A stretch of 64,000 bases of DNA from an uncultured Spirochaetota bacterium (GCA_963781885.1 CAWAHW010000003.1:160627-224626), one strand, 5' to 3'; numbered from the stretch's first letter, positions 10,252 to 21,674 are shown. The notes: a model not told the origin generated them from the sequence alone. Numbers and translations are program-made.

Positions 10252-10367
10252 CCAAAGATCCTTTCAGAGCCCTGAACCGATCCCGCGCTTAAAATCACTA
10301 ACGCATGTGACTGGATAGCCGCGGAGGAAGTTGTCCGATTGGCGGCGTTCGACTTTCTCTGCCGAAC

Positions 10368-13300
10368 CTACCTTCCATACAAGACGAAACCGCTCCAGTA
10401 ATAGGGGTCAGAGAAGTCAGGAGAACGGATAAACTCTTTCTTTGCCGCCGTTATCGCTTCTGAATATCCAAGGCCCTGCTTCTCTACTTGGGAATACAGC
10501 TTCACCATGAACTCTTTCGTCGCCGCGTCGTCGACCACCCATAACGTTGCTCCCACGCGATTTGCTCCTGCAACAAGAAACGAGCGGGTCAGTCCGACAA
10601 CCCCATCCCCTTGCACCACTTTGCCAAGCCCCGTCTCGCACGCCGAAAGATTCACAAAGTCCGCCTTGAACCTCAATACCGCCACGTCCTCCGCCGTGAG
10701 GTACCCGCTTTCCGGAGAGTCCTTCAGGGCTCCGCTCACCTCCGAAAGCACCAGCGCGGAGTATGACGGGTATTCCGCATCGTAGAGCCCATGACAGGCG
10801 AAGTGAACCACCCGCTGTTGTGCCAGTTCCCCGGAGGCCGAAAGCTGCTTCACGAGCTGCTCACTTGCCTGCGCGCCTAGTACCACGCGCGTGCCCTTGC
10901 CCCCGTAGACAGTCTGCGCGATAGTCAGGACCTCATCGCGCGTCCCGGGCAGATCGTCCCATTGGATTCCCAGCGCCTTGTAGTAGGATTGCGCCCCCCG
11001 TCCTGCGCAGTACTCCTTCGTCTTTGCGGTCGGGGCATTCACGACAACAATCCCCCGCGCGCCTCGCTGCGCCTCCGCCCCGATCCCAGAGTAACTCGCC
11101 CCGCCAAAGGCGAGCCACTGTCCCTCGCGCGCCCCGTAATTCCTTGCGCCTACCATCTGGAGCACCGACACCGACGGCGCAAGACTCACCTGATAGATTT
11201 CGCACAGATAGGGGCTGCTGATGTTCTGGCGCAGCGCGTCAAAGGGCAGGAAAGCGAGCGCCCCGTCCGGCACGATGACAAGCTTTCTCACACCTTCGAG
11301 CTTGCCGTCGAGCGCTCCGATCAGCTTTGCATACAATAGGTTCCCGAGTGTGTCCCGCTCCGCGCTGCGCTGAAGAATTGCCTGACGAAAGTCCTCGACA
11401 CTTTGGGTGTAGGTGAAACTCCTGTCCAACTCAACCAGCTCGGCCCCCGAGCTTTTGACGATCAGGCAGTACGCCTGTTGCTCCTTGTCCTTCTCCCAGA
11501 GCACGTATTCGAGGATCGCCTCGTCGCCCGCGACCATCTGCTCAGCGTCCTTCAGGCTCGCCAGCGCCGGCTGTCGAAGCTCCTTGTAGCTGGCGTTGCT
11601 CATCAGCGATTGGTCCAGCTGCGCGAACTCCTGCTCTTTCTGCTGCAGGCGGTTGGCGATCTCGATCAAAGCCTGTTTGTCTTGATCCGATTCTGCCTTC
11701 TGGATCTCTGCCGTTCGCTGCGATGCCAGGCTCTCTATTTCGTCGTTGAGCGCAAGCATCTTGGTGCGCGTTTCTGTCGGTACTCCAGTCACCGACAAAG
11801 CCGCAGAAAGCGAGAGACGGTCAAGGAAGCCGCGAGCCCTCATCGCCTCGGCAGCTTGAAACACTCCTTGCACGTCATGCATGGCAACGCTGGCTTGCAG
11901 CGAGAGGTAATAAAGGGAGATGTTTCGAGCGGTGTACTCGACTTTGCCGCCGCCGGTTTCGTCGCGTGCCTGCTCGATCGCCGCGATGCCTTGCTGAAAA
12001 GCGTCCTTCGCCTCCGCAAAGCGGCCAAGCTGCACGTACAGCCAACCTAGATTGCGCGCCAGCTCAATTGACCTCTCTCGGTCCGCGATCCCGATGGCGA
12101 GTTGGAGCGCATTCTTGTCATACCCGATTGCCCGATCGCTCTCGCCTTTGTAATAGTACGCAGCGCCAAGATTCTCGTAGATGCCAGCGACGTTCGGGTG
12201 CCGGGCACCCTGGGAATTGACAAGTATCGACAACGCCGTTGCATAGCAGGTGATGGCCTGATCATAGTCACCTCGGGACGCATACGCCAATCCCATGTCG
12301 TTGTCGGTGGTCGCGACAAGCGGATGCTCTTCTCCCAACGCCTTTTTTTGAATCGACAGCGCCTTCTCGAAGTACCCGATGGCGCGATCGGGCTGTCCTT
12401 CCGCCTGATAGGCATCTCCCAGACTGAGGTAGTCTTGCGCCACATCCGGATGTTCTTCTCCCAGCGCTTTCAGCTGAATCGCAAGGGCTTTCTCATAATA
12501 GGCGATTGCGCGATCGGGTTCCCCCTTTGCATCATAGGCGCCGCCCAGCGTGATATAGCTGTGCGCGACGTCCGGGTGCTCTTCGCCCAGGAGCCTCATC
12601 TGAATGGCAAGCGCTTGCTCGACGTAGCCAATCTCCCTGTCGTACTCACCCTTTGAAAAATACGCGGTGGCCAGGCCGAGATAGCTCGATGCCACGTCGG
12701 GATGTTGCTCGCCGAAGACCTTTCGTCGTATCGCGAGAGCCTTCTCATAGTAGCCGATGGCTTGATCGTAATCGCCCTTGGAATAAAACGCTCCACCCAG
12801 GCCGATATAGCTGGTTGCCACGTCGGGATGGTCGTCGCCTAAAAGGTCCGTCTGAATTGCCAGCGCCTTCTCATAGAACGCGATTGCCCGATCGTATTGG
12901 CCCTTGGACCACATGGCGCTGCCCAAGCTCACGTAGGTTTTGGCGACGTCGGGTGCCTTTCTCCGAATACCTTCAGCCGTATGGCCAGCGCTTGCTCGTA
13001 GTACTCGATCGCTCGATCGTCGTTTCCCTTGAGCTGATAGGCACCGCCGAGATTGAACAATCTCCAGGCGACATCGGGGTGTTCTTCTCCGAGCGCCTTC
13101 ACGTCAATTGCCAAGGCCTTCTGGTAGTATTCGATAGCGCGGTCGTACTCGCCCTTGGAGACGCATGCGGCTCCAAGACTATTGTCGCATTCAGCCACGT
13201 CGGGATGTTCTTCTCCCAGCACCTTGACGTCGATCGCCAGGGCCTTTTGGTAGTACGCGATGGCGCGGTCGTACGCGCCCATGGAATGGTAGGCGTGCCC

Positions 13301-14422
13301 GAGATTGTCGTAGACGATGGCGACCCTTCTGTCTTGCTCTCCCAGCAACCTCGTCCAGATGGCAAGCGCCTTTTCGTACCAGCCAATGGCCTCGTTGTAT
13401 GCACCCTTTGAGTCGTATGCGCCGCCGAGGTTGTTGTAGGTGTTCGCGACCGCAGCGTCACCCTCACCCAACGCCGTCTCCTGAATCGCACGTGCCTTCT
13501 GGTAATACTGGATAGCCTGATCGAACTCGCCGACGTGGAAATGCGCGAGTCCCAGGTTGCTGTAGCTTGTTGCCACGTCCGGGTGTCCATCGCCAAGGAG
13601 CTTCACGCGATCCGTCAGCGCCTTCTGGCAATACCCAATTGCCGCGGTGAAGTCCCCGGCTTCGGAGCTGACGGAACCGAGTGCCTGCAAGACGGCTGTC
13701 CCTGCAAGGCTTTCAGCTCCAAGCGCTTTCTCATATCCGTTCAGCGCATTTTTGTACAGTTCCGACGCCTCTTCGTAGGCGAAAACCTGGCTCTTTTTTG
13801 CGGCCTGCTCTTGCAGCGTATTGGCTTCTGCAATTGATCCAAGAGAAGCGAAAAAGGACTTGCAGGGCTCGATTCCGCGAACGGGAGCAAAGTCCTCATC
13901 GGAGCCGAGATACGCCATGTCTGAAAAGCCGTAATAGACGGCTTTGTCAATGTAGCGGAGAGCAAATTCGGCGTTCCCCGAAACCCCGTAGTAGCAGGCG
14001 ATGTTGTAATACACCCCGGGATTTCCTGAGTAAAGTGATTCTGCCCGCTGGGCAATCTGAAAGCCCTCGGAATACGTCCTGCGTCTGCTGAAGTACACGC
14101 CGCAGAGGTTCTCCAGCACCGCCAGATATCTCGCATCTATCGCCAACGCCCGCTCGTACCATAAAATGCTCTGGTCAAGCTCTTCTTTCTGGAAGTAGCA
14201 AACTCCTAGCAAGGCGCAGGCGAGTTTTGCGGTTTCTCTATCCTGCGCTGTCGCCGCGCGATTCAGAGCCTGGATTGCATCGTCATATTTCTGGGCCTGC
14301 AAGAGCTGCTGGCCTTGCTGCAAAGCATCTGCAAAGCCGTCGGCGCATGCCGGCAGGCAGGCAAAGAACAAAAAAGTTCCAGCAAAAAGGGCAAACAGGG
14401 CGCCTCGGAATTGTATTCTCAT
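10368..14422 (-). CDS. Secreted TPR-repeat protein with C-terminal CHAT (caspase-like) domain; one frameshift near 12952
   Basis: Signal-peptide-like N-terminus; about 13 42-aa GEEHPDVA TPR repeats; CHAT dyad VHFACHG and LSACETG; adding one C to CACCC restores HPDVAKTYVSLG across the two ORFs. Confidence 0.88.
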
Positions 14423-14538
14423 GACATGGAGACCCTCTACCCTGCCATCTTACCTTTCCTTTTCTGCAAGTTCCAGAAGAAGCGAAATGTTGCTCACCAT
14501 GCGTTTGATCGTTGGGCGAAAGCTCACGGGGACCTGCG

Positions 14539-16113
14539 TCAGTGCCGACTGGCGGCCCCCCCGGAAAGGTGGTCGGCCAGACGGAGGGCAAGGGCAACTA
14601 TTGTGAGTGTAGGGTTCGCATAGCCGCTCGTCGGGAAGACGGCGCTGCCGGCCGCGTAGAGGTTGTCGATCCGATGGAAACGGCAGTCCGGGTTCACGAT
14701 GCCGTCATCGGGCGACACGGACATGCGAAGGCTCCCCATGTGATGATCGCCCGTCGCAAGCGCGGTCTCTGCCCGGCTGAAAGTCCAGCGTTCCGGTCCG
14801 CCGGAGAGATCGGTCAAGATCCTGAACCCGGTGGCCCCGTTCCGCTCGAGATGGTCGCGGACAAGATCCAGCGCTTTGACCGCCGTCCGCTTGTCCTCCT
14901 CACGGAGCCGCCAGTCGACGTGAGCCACGGGCTGCCCGAAGAGGGGATCGACCTCCGCGTGATCGAGGTCGATCACGCTTTCCTCGTTGGGAACCTGTTC
15001 CCAGTTGAGATTGACTTCTGCCCGGTCGCCTGTCGGGTCGAAGCGCAAAATGGCGCGGAAGTTGCCGATTCGCTCCTCCGCCATCGTCGCTGCCGTCGGG
15101 ACGAGGACGCCCCAAGCGTTGAATACCTCGTACTTCGCCATGAGCCCAGGACTCACGAGGGGGGCGCTGTCATGGACGAAGGTGTCCCCTTCGGGCCGGA
15201 GCCGGACCTGCTGGTCGCGGAAGAAGTTCCTTGCCTCCCGGGGGAGGGGAGTGGCGAACCGGGCCTCCGCGGCGGTCGTGAGGAGGGGATGGACCATGAA
15301 GCCGCGGCCGAGGTGATCATGGCGATTGTTCCCGAGATCACCGGAAAGCTTGAGCTTCCGGACGGTCTCAATGCCCCCCATCGCAAGGACATAGCGATCA
15401 GCTTCGACGTGGAAACGGCGGTCCGCCTGTCCCTCGCGCAGAGAAGCGCAGACGAACCGCAGCACGTGCCCGCCTTTGCCGGTTTCACCTTCAATGGAAA
15501 GGAGGTGCGCATTGAACAGCACCGTCACATTCGGCGCGGCACGGAGCGCCTCCCCGAGATGGACCTGGAATTGACGCACGTTGTCCGCGTACTGCGCGTG
15601 AAAGACAGCCTGGGCAAGACGATCCTGCGTCTTCCGCGGGAAGCCCCCGCCGCCGAGAGCACATTCCCAGAAAGCATGATCGTCGTAGTTGAATGGACCG
15701 TACCTGCCGTAGGCGTTCGCCTGAGCGTAGGAGGGATCGAGCGAGGCTCGTGAGATTGGCCAGGCGGCAGAGCGGTACCCCTGCCGTGGCAGAAAGTCTG
15801 CGTCGTCGAGGGGCCGGGCCCAGAATCCGAAATGATTCGTCGTCCCACCGTACATATTGAGCCGTGAGCGACGCAGGAAGAGTGGATCAACTCTGCTCAG
15901 GAAAGACCCAAGGGTGCCCCCGTAGACCTTCTGCCGCGATCCGGACGGCAGTCCGCGATCCGCCGGCAGTCCGCTCGCCAGGACGAGCACCTTGAGCGGC
16001 GAGCCTATGAGACGGTGCGCAATGGCCAGTCCTGCGGCGCCTGCGCCGGCGATGCAGAGGTCGAAATCTCCCACGGTTTTATCCGCCAGGAGGTCGCCGG
16101 ATTCAACGTACAT
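14539..16113 (-). CDS. GMC family FAD oxidoreductase
   Basis: IAGAGAAG, GGTTNHF, HHMGSLRM, NLYAAGSAVFPTSGYANPTLTIVALA. Confidence 0.9.
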   Translation of the reverse strand: MYVESGDLLADKTVGDFDLCIAGAGAAGLAIAHRLIGSPLKVLVLASGLPADRGLPSGSRQKVYGGTLGSFLSRVDPLFLRRSRLNMYGGTTNHFGFWARPLDDADFLPRQGYRSAAWPISRASLDPSYAQANAYGRYGPFNYDDHAFWECALGGGGFPRKTQDRLAQAVFHAQYADNVRQFQVHLGEALRAAPNVTVLFNAHLLSIEGETGKGGHVLRFVCASLREGQADRRFHVEADRYVLAMGGIETVRKLKLSGDLGNNRHDHLGRGFMVHPLLTTAAEARFATPLPREARNFFRDQQVRLRPEGDTFVHDSAPLVSPGLMAKYEVFNAWGVLVPTAATMAEERIGNFRAILRFDPTGDRAEVNLNWEQVPNEESVIDLDHAEVDPLFGQPVAHVDWRLREEDKRTAVKALDLVRDHLERNGATGFRILTDLSGGPERWTFSRAETALATGDHHMGSLRMSVSPDDGIVNPDCRFHRIDNLYAAGSAVFPTSGYANPTLTIVALALRLADHLSGGAASRH

Positions 16114-16134
16114 GGGCCCACCGAACCGCGCGGT

Positions 16135-16971
16135 TCATGCATGGCGGCACAGGTATTCGTCCACCCCGGACTGCCAGAAAGGCAATTCGTGTCCCGTGAC
16201 CAGCCGAAAGAGCCTGCAATCCAGCACCGTGCGCGCCGGTCTTCGCGCCGCACGCGCGACGGCGCTTTCCAGCTTCTCCAGCGGCACCGTGCGTCCCGCC
16301 TTTGACAGCACGTAGCGTGCAAACTCCAGCCGGGTGCATGCTCCGCGGCTCGTGGCGTGGTATGTCCCGTACGCGCCCGTCGGAATGAGGGCGCCGATTG
16401 CGGAGGCCACGTGCGGAACGTATGTCGGCGACTCGAGCTGGTCTTCGGCCATCCGCACGACGCCATCGTTGTCCGCCGCGGTCAGCACGCGCTCCACGTA
16501 GTTTTTCGGCCGATGACCGAAGAGCCAGGAAGTCCTTACGATATAGGTCCTCGGCCAGATGGCGGCTGCGAGTCTCTCCCCCGCGAGCTTCGACTTCCCA
16601 TACTGGTTGATCGGGTTCGGTGATGAGAACTCGTTGTAGTCTTCCTTTGCCGCGCCATCGAAAACGTAATCCGTGGAGATGAGCAGGTAGTCGGCGGAGA
16701 GCGCCCGGGCGGCCAGCGCCAGGTTTTGTGAGCCCACCGCGTTCACATTCCAGGCCGCGTCCGGCTGTTTCTCGCAGACTTCGACGTCCACCAAGGCCGC
16801 GACGTTCACGATGAGGTCGGGCCTCAGCGCGGTCACCCGATTCAGGGTGCCTGCCCTGTCCGTGATGTCGATCTCATCGACATCCCACGCAATCACTTCG
16901 TGCTCGCGGGCGAGCATCCGCGCGAGCTCGCTTCCGAGCATCCCCTTGGCGCCGATGACGACGATCTTCAT
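16135..16971 (-). CDS. rfbD: dTDP-4-dehydrorhamnose reductase-like extended SDR (RmlD/RfbD family)
   Basis: IGAKGMLG, STDYVFDG, YGKSKLAGE, IVRTSWLF; RBS AGAGG. Confidence 0.85.
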   Translation of the reverse strand: MKIVVIGAKGMLGSELARMLAREHEVIAWDVDEIDITDRAGTLNRVTALRPDLIVNVAALVDVEVCEKQPDAAWNVNAVGSQNLALAARALSADYLLISTDYVFDGAAKEDYNEFSSPNPINQYGKSKLAGERLAAAIWPRTYIVRTSWLFGHRPKNYVERVLTAADNDGVVRMAEDQLESPTYVPHVASAIGALIPTGAYGTYHATSRGACTRLEFARYVLSKAGRTVPLEKLESAVARAARRPARTVLDCRLFRLVTGHELPFWQSGVDEYLCRHA

Positions 16972-16996
16972 TTCGCGACCTCTTCTGAATGAACTT

Positions 16997-18118
16997 TCAT
17001 AGAGCGGCGACCTTCTCCCAGCGTCCGGATTTGGCCGATGAGTACAGGGCATCGATCGCGAGATGATTGGCGACACCATCGGCCAGTCCCGGGCTCGGGT
17101 CCCGATCCTCGAAGATTGCCTTGAGGAACCGATATTGGCTCTCGGCATGCAGCCTCTCCCAGCCGAGTATGGCCCGGGCAGGAGGCACCGAGGCTCCGGG
17201 GAAACTCGAGATGGTCTCCAGGCGGACCCAGCCGGCCCCGTCAGCCGGGCGCGTCGCGTCGTAGAAGTAGAGCCAGTTGGCATCCATGAGGTCGAATCGC
17301 ACGGCGCCCTTGGAGCCTTCGATCCGGATGCGAAGGTCATCGGCCGAACCGGTGGCGAAGCGCGAGACGATGAGGCTGCCGAGGGCCCCCGAGGCCATGC
17401 GGAACTGCATCCAGGCGGCGTCGTCGACGGTGACGCGGCCGAGCTCGCTTCCCCCTTTCCTGAGGGGGCGCTGCGCGACGTAGGTTTTCGTCTCCGCGAA
17501 GACCTCGGCGATCTCGCCGAGGAGCCAGCGGATGAGGTCGATGACATGGGAGCCGAGATCCACGACGGCGCCGCCTCCCGATGCCTCGAAGCGCATGCGC
17601 CACGTGAGGGGACGGGAGGCGTCCTGGTAGCCCCCGTGGAGGTACTCGCTGTGAAAACCGTAGATCTCGCCGAGCGCTCCTGCCTCGATGAGGGCCCTGG
17701 CCTTCGCGAGGGCCGGCGCGAAACGGTAATTGAAGGTCATTCCCAGGCGGCTCTTGGAACGGGCCGCTGCGGCCGCGATCTCCCGGGCCTCGGCCCCGGA
17801 GAGGGCCAGTGGCTTCTCGCAGATGACGTGCTTGCCCGCTTCAAGGGCAAGAAGGATGGCCTCCTTGTGGGCGTAGTTGGGAAGGACGATGTCGATGACC
17901 TGCACGCCGGGATCCGCCACCAGTGCCCGTATATCGGCGTAAGCGCGCTCGAAGCCTCCCTCGCGGGCCGCGGCATCAGCCGTCTGGGTCGAGCTCGTGC
18001 AGACCGCCGCCATCACGTAGCGCGGAAGCGAGGGATAGATCCCCGGAATGCTTCGGTACGCCAGAGCGTGGAGCTTTCCGATGCTGCCGTATCCCAGCAT
18101 GCCAACGCCGAGGGGCAT
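16997..18118 (-). CDS. Gfo/Idh/MocA family oxidoreductase
   Basis: GMLGYGSIG, GKHVICEKPLA, GGGAVVDLGSHVID. Confidence 0.92.
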   Translation of the reverse strand: MPLGVGMLGYGSIGKLHALAYRSIPGIYPSLPRYVMAAVCTSSTQTADAAAREGGFERAYADIRALVADPGVQVIDIVLPNYAHKEAILLALEAGKHVICEKPLALSGAEAREIAAAAARSKSRLGMTFNYRFAPALAKARALIEAGALGEIYGFHSEYLHGGYQDASRPLTWRMRFEASGGGAVVDLGSHVIDLIRWLLGEIAEVFAETKTYVAQRPLRKGGSELGRVTVDDAAWMQFRMASGALGSLIVSRFATGSADDLRIRIEGSKGAVRFDLMDANWLYFYDATRPADGAGWVRLETISSFPGASVPPARAILGWERLHAESQYRFLKAIFEDRDPSPGLADGVANHLAIDALYSSAKSGRWEKVAAL

Positions 18119-18128
18119 GACGTCCGTC

Positions 18129-18932
18129 CTACTTTGCCGCGAGACCTGCCGGTCCGCGATGCGCCCCTGAGGCAGCGTCCATTTTCACGCGGAGCGAGCG
18201 GACCGCGGCGGCGATCTCCCCTGAGCCGGGCTTGAACTTGCCGTTCTTACCCTTGAGGAGCGGCGAGGAAAACTCGCCCACTGTCATGCCCTTCGCGATG
18301 AAGCCCTCAACGTTGGCCTCGTTCAATCCCCCGTCTTCCATGAGGTCGCAGACCGACTCCCTCCCGGCGGAGACGATCATGTCGTGGAGGCGACCAATAT
18401 TGTCGTACATGATAGGGTCGACGGTATGGGGGCTTTTCGCGCCGCTCGTGGGTTTCCAGAAAGGAGCCTTGCACTCGTACTCCACGATGTCGACGAAGGG
18501 CACGTACTGCTCGAATGCGACGATGGGGGTGCCCTGCCAGGCCCACACGCCCACCTTGAGCTCGAGAGTTTCCTTGACGAAGACGACCTGCTGCATGAGC
18601 ATTTCCCCCGTCGTCTCGATGGGGAGACTGATGAGATTCGCGCCAAGGTCTTTGAGCTGGCGGAAAAGGTCGAACGAGGGGCGCATCATCTGGAGCTGGA
18701 CTTCAATCTCGAGAGAGGTCCGCGGCCGGATGCCATCGAGAACGTCGATGCCCCCGCGGGGCGCGGCGAAGTCCATGTACGTGCCGTCCCTCATCTCGAT
18801 GTGAACCCAGTCGGCCCCGCCAGCCTCGAGCTCTTCGACGGTGGCCCCGAGGTAGCCGTAGTCCGCCCAGAAGAGCCCGGCGGCGATCTTCGCCTGCCTG
18901 GCCACCCGGCCGATCTTTTCCTTTGTCGCCAT
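18129..18932 (-). CDS. Divergent ribulose-phosphate 3-epimerase family protein
   Basis: ADYGYLG..VEELEAGGADWVHIEMRDG and MEDGGLN match the RPE layout, with altered metal ligands. Confidence 0.75.
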   Translation of the reverse strand: MATKEKIGRVARQAKIAAGLFWADYGYLGATVEELEAGGADWVHIEMRDGTYMDFAAPRGGIDVLDGIRPRTSLEIEVQLQMMRPSFDLFRQLKDLGANLISLPIETTGEMLMQQVVFVKETLELKVGVWAWQGTPIVAFEQYVPFVDIVEYECKAPFWKPTSGAKSPHTVDPIMYDNIGRLHDMIVSAGRESVCDLMEDGGLNEANVEGFIAKGMTVGEFSSPLLKGKNGKFKPGSGEIAAAVRSLRVKMDAASGAHRGPAGLAAK

Positions 18933-18997
18933 TGCCCTCTCTCTCGGCCGGAAGGATAGTCCTGACCATGGGAGAAGTCAAGAGGAAAACTATCACT

Positions 18998-19016
18998 TGA
19001 AAGATAACTACTTTCA
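18998..19016. promoter_or_regulatory. Palindromic operator candidate in divergent intergenic region
   Basis: TGAAAG-N7-CTTTCA in an AT-rich spacer between divergent operons. Confidence 0.4.
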
Positions 19017-19096
19017 TATGATCCTAATTTCGTGCTAAAATGTTGCGGGCCAGGCGGCAATCCGAATGGCACTGTCAGCCGCTTCGAGGAGGAACC

Positions 19097-20056
19097 ATGG
19101 ACACAGTGCTCTGTGGCGTGGATATCGGAGGGACCAAACTGGGGCTTGGCATCGTTTCGACCGAGGGGCGCCTTCTGGCCGAAGAAACGATCCATGACCA
19201 TGTGCGAAAGAGCCCTGACCAGGTGGTGGCCGACATCGCGAGGCTGGTCCCCGACCTCCTGGGGCGAGTCGGCCTTCCGATGGGGGCCCTCAATGGCGTC
19301 GGAGTCGGGACTGCCGGCCACCTCCGCTACAGGGACGGCGTGATGATTACCATGTCCAATCTCACCGGATGGGCCGGCTTTCCTCTCCGCGAACGGCTCC
19401 GGGCGCGTTTCGCCATCCCCGTCGAGGTCGACAACGACGCCAACGCGCAGGCTTTCGGGGAGTTCAAATACGGCGCGGGCAGAGGGTACCGGGACCAGGT
19501 CTTCATGACGATCAGCACCCAGATCGGCGCTGGCATCATCCTCGGCGGGAAGCTCTTCCGCGGCATGACGGGCACTGCCGGGGAGATCGGACACACCATC
19601 GTGGATCCCGGAGGCGCCGAAACCTGCCCCTGCGGGAACCGGGGCTGCCTGATCTCGATGGCCTCGGGCGTCGCCCTGCCGGGAGCATTTCGGCGAGCCT
19701 TCCGCGCCGGCGCGACCTCCCGTCTCGTCTCCGAAGCCGATCTCGGCTCAGGAACGATCGACGGCCCTCTCGTCGCCCGCGGTCTGGAGGAGGGGGACGA
19801 GGCCTGCCTCCACGTCGTCGCGGACTTCGCCTCCTGGATCGGCATTGCGGTCTACAACATGTTCCAGATCTTCAACCCCGAGGCCGTCGTTCTGGGAGGA
19901 GGCCTCACCAACTGGGGCGCCCCCTTCTTCGATGGCATCCGCCGCAAGGTCAAGGAGCTCGCGCGGGACATGATGTACGACGAGCTGCCCATCCTGCCGT
20001 CGACCCTCCCGGCCTCCGGCATCGTCGGAGCGGCCTCCCTCCTCCTGTCCGCATGA
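19097..20056 (+). CDS. ROK family sugar kinase
   Basis: GVDIGGTK, VDNDANAQA, AGEIGH, CPCGNRGC; RBS GAGGAGG; no HTH. Confidence 0.92.
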   Translation: MDTVLCGVDIGGTKLGLGIVSTEGRLLAEETIHDHVRKSPDQVVADIARLVPDLLGRVGLPMGALNGVGVGTAGHLRYRDGVMITMSNLTGWAGFPLRERLRARFAIPVEVDNDANAQAFGEFKYGAGRGYRDQVFMTISTQIGAGIILGGKLFRGMTGTAGEIGHTIVDPGGAETCPCGNRGCLISMASGVALPGAFRRAFRAGATSRLVSEADLGSGTIDGPLVARGLEEGDEACLHVVADFASWIGIAVYNMFQIFNPEAVVLGGGLTNWGAPFFDGIRRKVKELARDMMYDELPILPSTLPASGIVGAASLLLSA

Positions 20057-21591
20057 CGGCGACGCTGCGCGCGGACGTTGTCATCATCGGCTCCGGCCTC
20101 GGGGGCTCGGCGATCGCAAAGAGCCTGGCCGGCACCGGCCTCTCGGTGCTCGTCCTCGAACGCGGCGACTTCGTGCGCCAGGAGGCGCAGAACTGGGACG
20201 TCGGCGAGGTTGCCGTTCGACGCCGCTACGACGCGGGCGAGACCTGGTTCGACGCGGAAGGTCGGCCCTTCGTGCCCCGGGCCTACTACAACGTCGGCGG
20301 CGCCACGAAATTTTTCGGCGGCAGCGCCCTCCGGTTTCGACCCACCGATTTCGCGGCGCGCGAGCTTGACGGCGGCGCAACGGCGGCCTGGCCCTACGGT
20401 TATTCGGAGCTCGAGTCCTGGTACGCGAAGGCTGAAGACCTCCTCGAAGTCCACGGGCAGGCAGGAGAGGATCCGACGGAAGGTCCCCGGGGCAGCTACC
20501 CTCGGCCGCCCCTCGAGCACGAGCCGGTCATCGAGGCAATCTCCGGGAGGCTCGCGGCTCAGGGCCTCCATCCCTTCCATCTTCCCGTGGCGGTGGACCA
20601 GGGCCCGAAGGGCCGCTGCGTCAAAGGGAGCCCCTGCGACGGTTTCCCGTGCAAGGTGCGGGCAAAGGGAGACGCGGAGAACCGCATCCTTCGGCCCTTA
20701 TTGCTGAAGAAGGAGCCCTGGCTCGAGCTGCGGACCTCATGTCTCGTCGAGCGCCTCGAGACCGACACCTCGGGGGAGCACATCGTCGCGGCCCTGGTCC
20801 GCCGGGGAGGCGAGCGCTTCAGGGTCGAGGGTGGGACTTTCGTGGTCGCTGCCGGCGCCGTCAACTCCGCCGTCCTCCTCCTCCGCTCGGCAAACGAGCG
20901 GTGGCCGGGGGGCCTCGCCAACTCGAGCGGACTCGTCGGACGGCACTTCATGGCGCACAACAACACGGTCGTCATGGCGCTGTCCCCCTTCCGCCGGAAT
21001 CCGACTCTCTTCCAGAAGACCCTTGCCCTCCACGACTACTACACGAGGGAAGGCCCGGCCGGCCAGGCTCTCGGCGCGGTACAGTGCCGTGGTAAGGTCA
21101 AACCCGAGATGCTCCGCGGACGCACGAATCCTCTGCTTCGCCGGCTCGCGGCCCCTATCGCGGAGCGGAGCGTCGACTTCTGGCTGATGACGGAGGATCT
21201 CCCCCTGCCGGAGAACCGCGTCACCGTCGACGGCTCGGACCGCATCTGCCTCTATCGGAGGCCCGGCAACACCACCGCCCACCGGGAGCTCGTGAGGCGC
21301 TTCATCGGCCACGTCCGCCGCGCCGGTCTCCCGATCACTTTCGTTGACGAGCGCGGTGTCGACGCCATCCAGCACCAGTGCGGCACCCTTCGCTTCGGCT
21401 CGGACCCGCGACGATCCGTCCTCGATCCGTGGTGCCGGAGCCACGACATCGAAAACCTCTGGGTTGTCGATGCCTCCTTTCTCCCCAGTTCTGCGGCAGT
21501 GAATCCCTCACTCACCATCCTCGCCCAGGCCCTCCGGGCGGGTTCGCGCCTCCGCGCCATTCTGGTGCCGCAGGCAGCCGAGTTGCCGTGA
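20053..21591 (+). CDS. GMC family FAD oxidoreductase
   Basis: ATGA overlap; IIGSGLGG, VGGATKF, NSSGLVGRHFMAH, HQCGTLRFG, AVNPSLTI. Confidence 0.92.
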   Translation: MTATLRADVVIIGSGLGGSAIAKSLAGTGLSVLVLERGDFVRQEAQNWDVGEVAVRRRYDAGETWFDAEGRPFVPRAYYNVGGATKFFGGSALRFRPTDFAARELDGGATAAWPYGYSELESWYAKAEDLLEVHGQAGEDPTEGPRGSYPRPPLEHEPVIEAISGRLAAQGLHPFHLPVAVDQGPKGRCVKGSPCDGFPCKVRAKGDAENRILRPLLLKKEPWLELRTSCLVERLETDTSGEHIVAALVRRGGERFRVEGGTFVVAAGAVNSAVLLLRSANERWPGGLANSSGLVGRHFMAHNNTVVMALSPFRRNPTLFQKTLALHDYYTREGPAGQALGAVQCRGKVKPEMLRGRTNPLLRRLAAPIAERSVDFWLMTEDLPLPENRVTVDGSDRICLYRRPGNTTAHRELVRRFIGHVRRAGLPITFVDERGVDAIQHQCGTLRFGSDPRRSVLDPWCRSHDIENLWVVDASFLPSSAAVNPSLTILAQALRAGSRLRAILVPQAAELP

Positions 21592-21606
21592 GCTAGCGCC
21601 CGTTTG

Positions 21607-21674
21607 ATTTCGTTCGGTTCTGAAATGGTTTCGTCTCGATGCTGTGTTGACAACGAACGAAATGCTGCTACCCT
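21607..21674 (+). promoter_or_regulatory. Sigma70 promoter of deoR flanked by a 10-bp inverted repeat
   Basis: TTGACA 21647-21652, TACCCT 21669-21674; ATTTCGTTCG 21607-21616 and CGAACGAAAT 21654-21663. Confidence 0.55.

Noticed and set aside
10368-14422. Craspase (type III-E CRISPR) component
   Set aside because: No gRAMP, csx30 or array in the window, and the protein appears to be exported.
16135-16971. dTDP-rhamnose or O-antigen locus
   Set aside because: No rmlA/B/C or glycosyltransferase genes nearby.
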